This document shows positions 11,289 to 23,431 of a stretch of DNA of 64,000 nucleotides, piece by piece. How positions within the stretch are numbered: the first letter of the stretch is position 1; each line of letters begins with the position of its first letter. The notes under the pieces are model-generated. The model was not told the origin of the DNA. It worked only from the letters and a program-made list of their open reading frames with translations, and ran no database searches. This DNA is from an uncultured Bacilli bacterium (GTDB taxonomy: Bacteria; Bacillota_I; Bacilli_A; RF39; UBA660). Location: the NCBI GenBank assembly GCA_934098375.1, contig CAKOOC010000002.1:26383-90382 (forward strand), in the 5' to 3' direction. Made by a program: the position numbers and the translations under genes.

Positions 11289-12293
11289 ATGGAAAAACAA
11301 ATTGAAAAACTGCTTGAAGAAGCAAAACAAGAAGTCATTAAAAATGAAAATGATTACTTAAATATTAAATCAAAATATTTAAATAAAAAAAGTAAAATCA
11401 TGGAGTTAATGGCTTCCTTAAAAGACATGAGTGTCGAAGAAAAGAAACAATATGGACCATTATTTAATAATGCCAAAAAAGAATTAGATAGTATCATTTC
11501 AGCTAAATATGAAGAAATTGTAAACTCTTCATCAAATAATTCTTTTGATCCTACAGAGCCTGTAAAAAAGCAAAGTGGTTCACTTCACCCTGTAACTATT
11601 GTCGGTAGAGAAGTAACTAATATTTTAAAAAATATGGGCTTTATTATAATGTCTGGTCCTGAAATGGATACTGAATACTACAACTTTGAAGCTCTTAACA
11701 TTCCTAAAACTCACCCTGCTAGAGATATGCAAGATACATACTGGTTAGATAATGGTAAACTCTTAAGAACCCAAACCAGTACCTTACAAATTAGAGGAAT
11801 GCAAAAATATGGCGCTCCTATTAAATTATGCGCTCCAGGTAGATGCTTTAGAAATGAAGATTTAGATGCTTGCCATGAAAACACCTTTTTCCAATTAGAA
11901 GGCATGGTAGTAGATGAAAATATTTCTATAAGCAACCTAATTTATACTATGGAAGGAATGCTTAAAGAGGTATTTCAAAAAGATATTAAAGTACGTTTAC
12001 GTCCTGGTTTTTTCCCATTTACTGAGCCTGGATTCGAATTAGATTGTTCATGCACAATATGTGACGGCAAAGGCTGTCCTACCTGTAAAAACTCTGGTTG
12101 GTTAGAACTTTGCCCATGTGGTATGATTCATCCTAATGTTTTAAAAGAATGTGGAATAAATCCTAATAAATATTCTGGCTTTGCCTTTGGTTTAGGACTT
12201 ACTAGACTAGCAATGATGAAATATAAAATAAATGATATCAGAATCTTAAACTCTGGAGATTTAAGATATTTGAAAGATTTTAATGTGAGGTAA
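11289..12293 (+). CDS. pheS: phenylalanine--tRNA ligase alpha subunit
   Basis: Class II motifs are present (FRNEDLDACHENTFFQLEG; GFAFGLGLTRLAMM). ATG 11289 is chosen because it follows a GGAGG RBS. The track start at 11232 lies inside the T-box terminator. Confidence 0.9.
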   Translation: MEKQIEKLLEEAKQEVIKNENDYLNIKSKYLNKKSKIMELMASLKDMSVEEKKQYGPLFNNAKKELDSIISAKYEEIVNSSSNNSFDPTEPVKKQSGSLHPVTIVGREVTNILKNMGFIIMSGPEMDTEYYNFEALNIPKTHPARDMQDTYWLDNGKLLRTQTSTLQIRGMQKYGAPIKLCAPGRCFRNEDLDACHENTFFQLEGMVVDENISISNLIYTMEGMLKEVFQKDIKVRLRPGFFPFTEPGFELDCSCTICDGKGCPTCKNSGWLELCPCGMIHPNVLKECGINPNKYSGFAFGLGLTRLAMMKYKINDIRILNSGDLRYLKDFNVR

Positions 12294-12295
12294 TT

Positions 12296-14629
12296 ATGAA
12301 AATATCATGTAATATATTAAAAAAACATATTAAAAACAGTGAAGATATTGATTTTTTAAACATATGGGATAAATTTACTATTCGTACTGCCGAAGTTGAA
12401 GGCGTCGAAGTAAAGGGTTCTCAGTTTGATGGCGTTGTTACTGCTAAAATAATCGAAGTAAAAGATCATCCTAAATCTACAAAATTACATATTTTAAAAG
12501 TAGATGCTGGTACTGAAATCTTAGATATAGTCTGTGGAGCACCCAATGTTAGAGTAGGATTAATAAGTGCCCTTGTTAAAATTGGCGGTCATATTGATGG
12601 AATGGAAATTACTAGAAGGCCACTACTTGGAATTGATTCTAATGGGATGATGTGTTCCGGTAAAGAATTAGGTATTTCTGATGATCATAGTGGCATTTTA
12701 GAACTTCCAGAAGATACAAAAGTTGGTGCCGATTTTAAAGAACTTTTTCCTGTAAATGATATAATTGTTGAAATTGATAACAAATCCTTAACTCATCGTC
12801 CAGATTTATGGGGACATTACGGAATTGCTCGTGAAATTGCTTCTATTACCCATCATGAATTAAAACCTCTAGAACTTTTTGATGATCAAAATGAATCAAA
12901 TGAAAAATTAAATATCACTATAGATAATCCCGAATTATGTTATCGATATGTTGGTACTAAAATATCTAATATTAATAATGTAGTGACTCCAATGTGGATG
13001 CAAATATTCTTATACTATGCTGGCATGAGAAGTATTAATTTATTAGTCGATTTAACAAACTATATAATGTTAGAACTTGGTCAGCCTATGCATGCTTTTG
13101 ATAGTCGTGTTGTCAAAAATATTGAAATTGGTTTAGCAAATGATAATGATACATATATAACTTTAGATGGTCAAGAAAGAAAATTAACTCATGAAGATTT
13201 AATGATTAAAAATGGGGGGAAATACTTTGCTATTGCCGGAGTCATGGGCGGCTTAGATAGTGAAATTGTTGCTGATACAAACGGTATTGTTTTAGAATCT
13301 GCCACATTTGAAGCATCTACTGTCAGAAAAACTGCTATAAGACTAGGTCTTCGTACCGAAGCAAGCGCTAGATATGAAAAAAGTTTAGATCCTAACATGG
13401 CTATGACTGCAACTAAAAGATTTATTAAACTTTTAAAAGATGAAAATCCTGATATAATCCTAGATTCTGAAATAACAGACGTGTACCCAACCGTTCAAAC
13501 TAATAATATTATTGAATTAGAAAAAAATTATTTATATAAATATATGGGATTTGATATTGATGATAAAACGGTTATTGATATTTTAGAATCTTTAGAATTT
13601 GTAGTAGAAAATAAAATCGATAAATTTATTATAACCGTGCCAACTTTTAGATCAACAAAAGACATTACAATGGCTGCAGATATTATCGAGGAAATTTCTC
13701 GTATGTATGGATATGAAAACTTTAACCATATCCCTCTAAAAATGGATTTAACATTTAAAAATCCTGAAAAAACATATGATTTAGAATATGAAGTAAAAAA
13801 TTATTTGGCAACTAAGTATAATATGAATGAAGTTCATACTTACCTTTGGAATAAATCATCATTTTTAAAGAAAATTAATGTTACTATTGATAATGTCAAA
13901 CTATTAGGAAAAACAGAAGACAATACTCTTCGTAATAATTTATCTTTAAGCTTGCTTGAAAGTGCGGCTGTAAATGTTAATAACTTTGAAGAAATAAACA
14001 TTTTTGAAATTGGCACTACTATCGTAAATGATGAAGCAGAAAGACATTTATGTATCTTAAATATGACTAATGAAAATAATCTAAAGGCAAAATATTATGA
14101 ATTGAAATCTGTTGTATATAACATTTTTAAAAACTTAAAAAATGAAGAAGTTACTTTTTCTAAAACAACTTTGAATAACTATTATAATAATGATTTATCT
14201 TTAAATATTATTGCAAATAATGAAATTGTTGGCTATATTACGGTATTTAACAAACAAACAAATGCTTTAAGCAAAAAAAAATCATTTATTTGTGTAGATA
14301 TTAATTTTGATATTTTTGAAAAACTACCTTTAAATACATTCATATATGAAGGTGTTTCAAAATATCCAACTACCAATTTAGATTATACAATTAATGTTCC
14401 AAAAAATATGAATTATGAAACGTTTGCCAAAATAATAAGTAATTACCGAGATGACATCATTTTAAATCATGAATTAATCGATATTTATGAAAATGAGGAA
14501 ATTAAAAAAATAACTATTCGCTTTAAAGTCGGTTCTAAAGAAAAAACTTTAACGAGCGAAGAGTTAGACAACTTTAAAAATAATTTCATTAAATATATTG
14601 AAGAAAGTAATTTAAGTATCACTTTATAG
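12296..14629 (+). CDS. pheT: phenylalanine--tRNA ligase beta subunit
   Basis: The 777-aa product has an N-terminal Myf/tRNA-binding domain, then B3/4, B5 and a C-terminal FDX-ACB region. Confidence 0.9.
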   Translation: MKISCNILKKHIKNSEDIDFLNIWDKFTIRTAEVEGVEVKGSQFDGVVTAKIIEVKDHPKSTKLHILKVDAGTEILDIVCGAPNVRVGLISALVKIGGHIDGMEITRRPLLGIDSNGMMCSGKELGISDDHSGILELPEDTKVGADFKELFPVNDIIVEIDNKSLTHRPDLWGHYGIAREIASITHHELKPLELFDDQNESNEKLNITIDNPELCYRYVGTKISNINNVVTPMWMQIFLYYAGMRSINLLVDLTNYIMLELGQPMHAFDSRVVKNIEIGLANDNDTYITLDGQERKLTHEDLMIKNGGKYFAIAGVMGGLDSEIVADTNGIVLESATFEASTVRKTAIRLGLRTEASARYEKSLDPNMAMTATKRFIKLLKDENPDIILDSEITDVYPTVQTNNIIELEKNYLYKYMGFDIDDKTVIDILESLEFVVENKIDKFIITVPTFRSTKDITMAADIIEEISRMYGYENFNHIPLKMDLTFKNPEKTYDLEYEVKNYLATKYNMNEVHTYLWNKSSFLKKINVTIDNVKLLGKTEDNTLRNNLSLSLLESAAVNVNNFEEINIFEIGTTIVNDEAERHLCILNMTNENNLKAKYYELKSVVYNIFKNLKNEEVTFSKTTLNNYYNNDLSLNIIANNEIVGYITVFNKQTNALSKKKSFICVDINFDIFEKLPLNTFIYEGVSKYPTTNLDYTINVPKNMNYETFAKIISNYRDDIILNHELIDIYENEEIKKITIRFKVGSKEKTLTSEELDNFKNNFIKYIEESNLSITL

Positions 14630-14767
14630 TGGTACTTTTTAAATTTTTTAATTATTGTTAGCACACACAATATGTAGCACTTTTTTTGCTAATTATCGAC
14701 AAAATTTATTTACAATTAAAAGTTAAAATGATAGAATTTAATTAGAAAGATATTAACGGGTGATGGT

Positions 14768-15739
14768 ATGAAAAAAACAATTGGTGACAACTTAAGAGTC
14801 TCTAGATTAAAAAATGGGTTATCAATGAATGCTGCCTCTAAAAAAATAGGTGTAAGTGCTCCTGCAATTTTAAAGTATGAGACTAATCAAATGATGCCAA
14901 GTTTATCTCGCTTAGAAGCATTTGCTAAAATATATAACTGTGATATTGAAGAAATTTTAGATACTGGTACAATAAGTGATATTAAGTTTGATAATTTTAA
15001 ATGTACTCAAAAAGCTAGTTTTATCAAACAAGAAAGAATCCGTAACATTTTAAGCAAAAAAATCAACAATTATTTTGAACTATTAAAATTATCTAATATA
15101 ACTCTTCAAAATAAATTTGGAGTTCATATAATAAATACTCCTGAAGAAGCTGAAAAACTAGCAACTAAATTACGCATTTTCTTTACTATCCCATTAGATT
15201 CTCCACTTCATGATTTAGCGTACCTTTTAGAAACCAATGGCATTATTTTAATAACTATTCCAAAAGATGAAAACACTAATGAGTTTATCGGTTTTTACGA
15301 AAACATTAATGGTATTCCTGTTATTGCCGTTCCTAAAGCCGATAATGGATATGAACAAAGATATAATATTGCTAAATTTTTAGGAGAACTACTAATAAAA
15401 GCCGATACTAACAAAGATGAAATAACTACTAATTTTGCGTTATCACTTTTAATTCCTCGCGGTTCTTTAATTAGTGAATTCGGCAAAAATAGAGTGAAAA
15501 TCGATTTTAAAGAAATAGATATTTATTCTAATCGTTTTAAAGCTAGTTACAAAAATATTATTAAAAGATTACAAGCCTGTGAAGTAATAACGCCTAGTTG
15601 TGCTAAATATCTAAATATTGATATCAATAAAAACAATAAAAAAGAAAACATTTACATCGAAGAAGCCTATAATTATGAAAAAATGCTATACAAACTTTAC
15701 GCTCAAGGGATTATTAAAGATTTAAATAAATATTTATAA
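14768..15739 (+). CDS. XRE-family HTH regulator with C-terminal domain of unknown function
   Basis: The N-terminal HTH_3 region reads LSMNAASKKIGVSAPAILKYETNQ. The C-terminal portion is arranged like ImmA/IrrE-type partners but has no HEXXH. Confidence 0.5.
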   Translation: MKKTIGDNLRVSRLKNGLSMNAASKKIGVSAPAILKYETNQMMPSLSRLEAFAKIYNCDIEEILDTGTISDIKFDNFKCTQKASFIKQERIRNILSKKINNYFELLKLSNITLQNKFGVHIINTPEEAEKLATKLRIFFTIPLDSPLHDLAYLLETNGIILITIPKDENTNEFIGFYENINGIPVIAVPKADNGYEQRYNIAKFLGELLIKADTNKDEITTNFALSLLIPRGSLISEFGKNRVKIDFKEIDIYSNRFKASYKNIIKRLQACEVITPSCAKYLNIDINKNNKKENIYIEEAYNYEKMLYKLYAQGIIKDLNKYL

Positions 15740-15824
15740 AAAAGTACAAATGTTTGTGCTTTTTTCTTTTCTTTGTTAATGATTAATGATATAATTTATG
15801 TGTAAAGAAATAAAGGAGTACATA

Positions 15825-17894
15825 ATGGACATTTTACAAAATTTAAATAAAGAACAAAAACAAGCAGTTATGCATATAGATGGCCCTGTATTAGTTATGG
15901 CTGGTGCTGGCTCTGGCAAAACCAAGGTATTAACTACTCGAATTGCTTATTTAATAAATGAAGGAATAAATGATTATAATATTTTAGCAATAACTTTTAC
16001 TAATAAAGCAGCCAAAGAAATGCGTGATCGTGTTAATTTATTAGTCGGAGAAGTTTCCTCATTTATAGGCACTTTTCACTCATTAGGTCTTAGAATAATA
16101 AGAGAAAACCATAGTTTTTTTAATTTGCCTAACAACTTTAGTATTATAGATAGCGATGATACTATTACTGTTATAAAAAAAATCTTAAAAGAAAAAAATT
16201 TGGACTCTAAACAATATAGTCCTTCATATGTAAGAAATAGAATTAGTTTTATCAAAAATCAAATGTTAACTGATAGGGAACTTGATAAACTATTTAATAC
16301 CCCAATGGATAAAGTAATTGTGGAAATTTATCATCGCTATAATGAATTACTTTTAGAAAGTGCCTCAGTAGATTTTGACGATTTACTTTTATTACCTGTT
16401 ACTTTACTATCTCAAAATCATGAAATTTTAGAAAAATATCAAGAACGATTTAAATATATTTTAATAGATGAATACCAGGACACCAATCCTGTTCAATATA
16501 AATTGTCTGTTCTTTTATCAAATAAATATAAAAATATTTTTGTTGTTGGAGACATGAATCAAAGCATTTATGCCTTTAGACAAGCTGATTATCGTAACAT
16601 TACCAACTTTGAACATGATTTTAAAAATTGCACTGTCATAAAATTAGAACACAATTACCGTAGTACCAACACGATATTAAAAGCTGCTAATGAAGTAATA
16701 AGCCATAATAAAGAAAGAAAAGATTTAAAATTATACTCTGATAACGGCGAAGGCGTAAAAATAAGATATATGCGTTCATATGACGAAAAACATGAAATAA
16801 CCATGGTAATCGATGAAATCCAAAATTTACTACATAATGGTTATGAACCAAGTGATATTGCCATCCTTTATCGTACTAATGCCCAGTCCCGTGCCATTGA
16901 AGAAGTCTTTTTAAATAAAGGGCTTCCTTATAAAGTTTACGGCAGTTTTTACTTTTATGGACGCAAGGAAATTAAAGACTTAATTAGTTACTTAAGACTT
17001 ATTAATAATCAAAATGATGAAATAAGTTTGCGCCGTGTTATAAATGTTCCAAAACGTGGCATCGGTGATAGTACCATTATAGATATTGAAAATAGAGCAA
17101 GAGAAAATAATATTTCCATGTTTGAAGCCTTAGAAGGTAAAAAAGAATTAGAATTTAAAAATTTAATAGAATCCCTAAAAAAGAAGTCTGAAAGTTTATC
17201 ATTAACCGAATTAATCGATGAAGTTTTAGAAGATACTAAAATAAAGGCTGAATTAACTGCCTCAAAATCTATCGAAGATGAAACAAGATTAGAAAACTTA
17301 ATGGAATTTAAAAGTATTACGGCCAGTTACGAAGAACGTACGGGCAATGTTAATCTAAATGACTTTTTAGATGAAATATCTTTAATTGCCGATGTTTCTA
17401 ATCATACAGAAGATGGAAATGTTGTAACACTTATGACTTTGCATAGTGCTAAAGGTTTAGAATTTAAAGTAGTTTTCCTAGTAGGTATGGAAGAAGGAAT
17501 TTTCCCACATAATATGTCTTTAATGGAAGATAATATTGAAGAAGAAAGACGCTTATGTTACGTCGGTATAACTCGTGCTAAAGAAAGATTATATTTAACT
17601 AATGCTAAAAGAAGAATGCTTTATGGTAAAGATAATATGAATATGCCATCTAGATTTTTAAATGAAATTACTGACGATTTATTAGAAAAAGACGAATTAA
17701 AAAATGAGCCAAAAATGATAAATAAAGAAGCCTTAACTGTTGATAATAGTATGATAAAAGAAGGTGATATTGTTTGTCATGAACAATATGGAACTGGTGT
17801 AGTAGTTAAAGATGAAGGAACGCTAATTTCCATTGCGTTTAAATCTGGAGTTAGAAAAATGATGAAGAATCACAAAAGTATTAAGAAGATATAA
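15825..17894 (+). CDS. pcrA: ATP-dependent DNA helicase PcrA (UvrD family)
   Basis: Helicase motifs are present (Walker A AGAGSGKT, DEYQDTN, and motifs V-VI). ATG 15825 follows AAGGAG. ligA is downstream, as in Bacillus. Confidence 0.85.
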   Translation: MDILQNLNKEQKQAVMHIDGPVLVMAGAGSGKTKVLTTRIAYLINEGINDYNILAITFTNKAAKEMRDRVNLLVGEVSSFIGTFHSLGLRIIRENHSFFNLPNNFSIIDSDDTITVIKKILKEKNLDSKQYSPSYVRNRISFIKNQMLTDRELDKLFNTPMDKVIVEIYHRYNELLLESASVDFDDLLLLPVTLLSQNHEILEKYQERFKYILIDEYQDTNPVQYKLSVLLSNKYKNIFVVGDMNQSIYAFRQADYRNITNFEHDFKNCTVIKLEHNYRSTNTILKAANEVISHNKERKDLKLYSDNGEGVKIRYMRSYDEKHEITMVIDEIQNLLHNGYEPSDIAILYRTNAQSRAIEEVFLNKGLPYKVYGSFYFYGRKEIKDLISYLRLINNQNDEISLRRVINVPKRGIGDSTIIDIENRARENNISMFEALEGKKELEFKNLIESLKKKSESLSLTELIDEVLEDTKIKAELTASKSIEDETRLENLMEFKSITASYEERTGNVNLNDFLDEISLIADVSNHTEDGNVVTLMTLHSAKGLEFKVVFLVGMEEGIFPHNMSLMEDNIEEERRLCYVGITRAKERLYLTNAKRRMLYGKDNMNMPSRFLNEITDDLLEKDELKNEPKMINKEALTVDNSMIKEGDIVCHEQYGTGVVVKDEGTLISIAFKSGVRKMMKNHKSIKKI

Positions 17895-17915
17895 AAATAT
17901 AAAACAGGAGGGACT

Positions 17916-18764
17916 ATGGTATATTTAAAAAGCTTTAATTTATTAAATAGTAGTAAAGAAATTGGATGTTTAGATGGGAGAACAATTCATAATAATAGTT
18001 ATCCCCTAGGTATTTTTTCTGAAAAAAAGTTAGAAAAAATTTATTTTGACCCTATTACTTGCTTTTATGGTGGAAATGGTTCGGGAAAAACAACTTTACT
18101 AAATATTATCGCAGATAAAATAGAGGCTATGAGAAATAACTACACTAAAAAAGGAAGCATTTTTGATAAATATGTGGAATTATGTGATTACGAAATGGTT
18201 AAATTTCCTACTGAAATAAAATTTATATCCAGTGATGATATATTTGATTATTTGTTAGATATTAGAGCAATTAATTCTAATGTTCATCGCAAAAAAGCCG
18301 AGTTATCTGAAGAGTGGCTAGAAAATCGTTTTAATACTGATAATTATAATTACAATGATTATTTTAAATTAAAAGATGTAGTTGACTCTAAAAGTAAATC
18401 TATGTCTAAATATATACGTGAAAGACTTTCTAATAATAATATAATTGAGCAATCAAATGGAGAATCAGCTTTATCGTATTGGGAAAAAAGCATAACGGAA
18501 AACAGCATATATATTTTAGATGAACCTGAAAATAGTTTGTCCGCCGAAAATCAAATAAAATTAAAAAAATACATTGAAGACTCTGCAAGATTTTACAATT
18601 GCCAGTTTATTATTTCTACACATTCTCCCTTCTTACTATCATTAAATGATGCTACTGTATATAATTTAGATTTAGTACCAGCAAGTGTGCAAAAATATAG
18701 CGAACTACCAAATGTAAGAATATATTATGATTTTTTTAAGGAACATGAAAAAGATTTTGAATAA
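17916..18764 (+). CDS. ABC/SMC-like AAA ATPase (AAA_21-type), stand-alone
   Basis: Walker A GGNGSGKTTLL, a signature-like SNGES, Walker B IYILDEPE, and an H-loop ISTHSP. Confidence 0.55.
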   Translation: MVYLKSFNLLNSSKEIGCLDGRTIHNNSYPLGIFSEKKLEKIYFDPITCFYGGNGSGKTTLLNIIADKIEAMRNNYTKKGSIFDKYVELCDYEMVKFPTEIKFISSDDIFDYLLDIRAINSNVHRKKAELSEEWLENRFNTDNYNYNDYFKLKDVVDSKSKSMSKYIRERLSNNNIIEQSNGESALSYWEKSITENSIYILDEPENSLSAENQIKLKKYIEDSARFYNCQFIISTHSPFLLSLNDATVYNLDLVPASVQKYSELPNVRIYYDFFKEHEKDFE

Positions 18765-18813
18765 TATATTCTTTTTCTTTATAAAAGAAATAATAATGAG
18801 ATATAATATATAA

Positions 18814-20802
<1,989 letters not shown>

Positions 20803-20824
20803 ACCTAAATATTGTTAAAATATA

Positions 20825-20848
20825 AAGAACATCACCGGTTCTTTTTTT
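20825..20848 (+). terminator. intrinsic terminator after ligA
   Basis: Hairpin aagaac-atcaccg-gttctt followed by a T-run. Confidence 0.55.
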
Positions 20849-20930
20849 ATAAAATAAAATATTTATCAATTAATGTATGTTTGAAATATGAATACATGTA
20901 TAGTATAATTATTATGCGAGGTGAAAGAAT

Positions 20931-21401
20931 ATGAGTAAAATTAAGGGGTTCTATCAAAACAATCGTATATACTGTATATTAATGGCAATTAGTCTTTTTT
21001 GCTTAGCACTAATCGTTGCCGCTTTTGTCGTATACTTTGTTGAACAAACAAAAAATGATACATATGGTAATCGTTTAGATGGTATTAAAAATGTCCAAAT
21101 AACAGACAATCACAAAGAAGAAATTGCTTCATTTATAAAAGAAAATGACAAGGTCGAATCAGTTGTAATAAACATCAAAGGTAAAATTATTTATATTACA
21201 ACAACACTAAAAGATGGAAAAACTACTGATGCCGAATCTATAGCTATTAAATCTTTAGAAAAACTAACCGAAGATGAAAAAAATTTCTATGATATCAATT
21301 TTATATTTGATAAAAAAGATGATGCAACATTTCCTATCATGGGATACAAGAAAAGTAACGCTACAATAATATCTTGGACTAAAAATAATGGTGAAGCATG
21401 A
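20931..21401 (+). CDS. hypothetical membrane-anchored protein
   Basis: It has an N-terminal TM and sits behind a TTGAAA-17-TATAAT promoter at 20881-20909. Its stop overlaps the next gene. Confidence 0.45.
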   Translation: MSKIKGFYQNNRIYCILMAISLFCLALIVAAFVVYFVEQTKNDTYGNRLDGIKNVQITDNHKEEIASFIKENDKVESVVINIKGKIIYITTTLKDGKTTDAESIAIKSLEKLTEDEKNFYDINFIFDKKDDATFPIMGYKKSNATIISWTKNNGEA

Positions 21402-23431
21402 AAAAAACTAAAAAAATTATTATAACAATTGTAACGTTAGTTATCGTAGCTGTTGCGGGAATTTTCGTTTTTTATAACTACTTTTATGACAAAAATCAGT
21501 TGAGCATAAGTGAAAAAGAATGGATTAATGCCCACAAAACTAATATTACATCTTTTAATGTTCCTAGCGATTTAAATATATTCGCTTCATCTGGTAAGGG
21601 CGTATTTTATGACTTTTTAGATGACTTAACTAAGAAATATGATTTAAAGATAAATAAAAATGTTGTACCTATAAGTGGTAGTGCTGGTCTTGGTTTTGTT
21701 GTTAACAATAAAATAAGCGATGAAGACCTATTAATTTATGAAGATCACTATGTTGTCATTAGTAAAGATTACACTGCTGTAAAAACATTTAAAGATTTAA
21801 GTGGCAAAAAAATTGGTGCTCTTGCAAGTATCATATCAAGGGTATCATCTTCTTATACTGATTCTAATTCTTATACAACTTATGAAACAAAAGAAGCATT
21901 AACTAAGGCTCTAACCGATGGTGAAGTATCATATGTTATAGTGCCTTTAACAGAATATATCGATGAAGTATTATATAATAAATTTAATATTGTTTACCAT
22001 TTAGACAATTTTGTGAATTATTATTATATCCATCTAGGAAATGACAAAACTTTAAATTCTATTATTACAAAACATTATAATGAATGGATTAACAATGATT
22101 ATGAAAAAAGTTACTATAATAATACTTACCGTCTATTTTGTGAGAAATTATCAATTAGTGACGTTGAATCCGATAATTTAACTAATAAAATTTATAATTT
22201 TGGATTTGTAAATCAAACGCCATTTAATGCTTTAAACAGTTCGAAATATGGTGGCATTATATTTGCTTATTTAGAAGAGTTCAGCAAATTTAGCAAAGTT
22301 GATTTTACTTATACCAAATATAAAACTTATAGTGAATTAATAAATTCCTTTAATAATAATAAATTAGATTTAATATTTGATCCATCATCATTAGAAACTA
22401 AAAACACTAAATTAAATACTAATATTAAAGAAAAATTTTACATTATTAGTCCTTTAACCAAAAATTTAAGTATTGTAAATTTAAATGAGATTAATAATGA
22501 AACTATCTACGTTATTAAAGATAGTAGTCTTGCCAAGTATTTAAGCGACTTAAGTAATATTAAAGTTGAAACTGTTAAAGATGAAAAAGCTTTAATAAGA
22601 AAAGCTAAGAAAAATAACATTATCGCGCTTGATGCCGAAACCTTTGACTATTACCGAAATGATAGAATTAAAAATTATCAAATTAGTTATACTGGCTATA
22701 CTAGTGCTAACTATTCATTTAAATATATTAACGCTAATGATACATTTACTAAGTTATTTACTAACTACATAAATTATTTAAGCCAGACTAAAATGACTAA
22801 TAATGGTATGATTACTTATAAAGCTGCTGAATCTAGTGGCAATCTAGTCGGCGTAATTGCTAAATATATTTTAATTATTACATCAGTTGTTATCATTATT
22901 ATTGGTGTTTATATATCATCGAAGAAAAAAATAAAATTAAACACTAAAATAAAAAAAGATGAAAAACTAAAATTTATCGATATGCTAACATCTTTAAAGA
23001 ACCGTAACTATTTAAATGAAAGAATAAGTACTTGGAATCAAAATACGATCTATCCTCAAGCTATCATAGTTATTGATTTAAATAACATTAAATATTTAAA
23101 TGATACATTTGGTCATGAAGAAGGCGACCGTCAAATAATGGCTGCTGCTAATATTCTTCATCAAACTCAGCAAGACAATACCGAAATTATGAGAACAGAT
23201 GGTAATGAATTTATGATTTATATGGTTGGCTATTCTGAAAAACAAGTTCTAAATTATATGAAAAAATTAATTAAAGAATTTAATACGTTACCATATGATT
23301 ATGGTGCTGCATTTGGCTTTAGTATGATTGTTGATGATCTAAAACTAATTGATGATGCAATTAACGAAGCAACTATCCAAATGCGTGAAAATAAAGAATT
23401 AGAGGCATCATCTGATGAAAAAGAAGATTAA
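21398..23431 (+). CDS. membrane sensor protein with extracellular SBP-like region and degenerate GGDEF domain
   Basis: Two TM helices (aa ~10-30 and ~478-500) bracket a ~450-aa outside region. The C-terminal GGDEF-fold reads LTSLKNRNYL...DTFGHEEGD...RTDGNEF, with DGNEF in place of GG(D/E)EF. Confidence 0.55.
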   Translation: MKKTKKIIITIVTLVIVAVAGIFVFYNYFYDKNQLSISEKEWINAHKTNITSFNVPSDLNIFASSGKGVFYDFLDDLTKKYDLKINKNVVPISGSAGLGFVVNNKISDEDLLIYEDHYVVISKDYTAVKTFKDLSGKKIGALASIISRVSSSYTDSNSYTTYETKEALTKALTDGEVSYVIVPLTEYIDEVLYNKFNIVYHLDNFVNYYYIHLGNDKTLNSIITKHYNEWINNDYEKSYYNNTYRLFCEKLSISDVESDNLTNKIYNFGFVNQTPFNALNSSKYGGIIFAYLEEFSKFSKVDFTYTKYKTYSELINSFNNNKLDLIFDPSSLETKNTKLNTNIKEKFYIISPLTKNLSIVNLNEINNETIYVIKDSSLAKYLSDLSNIKVETVKDEKALIRKAKKNNIIALDAETFDYYRNDRIKNYQISYTGYTSANYSFKYINANDTFTKLFTNYINYLSQTKMTNNGMITYKAAESSGNLVGVIAKYILIITSVVIIIIGVYISSKKKIKLNTKIKKDEKLKFIDMLTSLKNRNYLNERISTWNQNTIYPQAIIVIDLNNIKYLNDTFGHEEGDRQIMAAANILHQTQQDNTEIMRTDGNEFMIYMVGYSEKQVLNYMKKLIKEFNTLPYDYGAAFGFSMIVDDLKLIDDAINEATIQMRENKELEASSDEKED

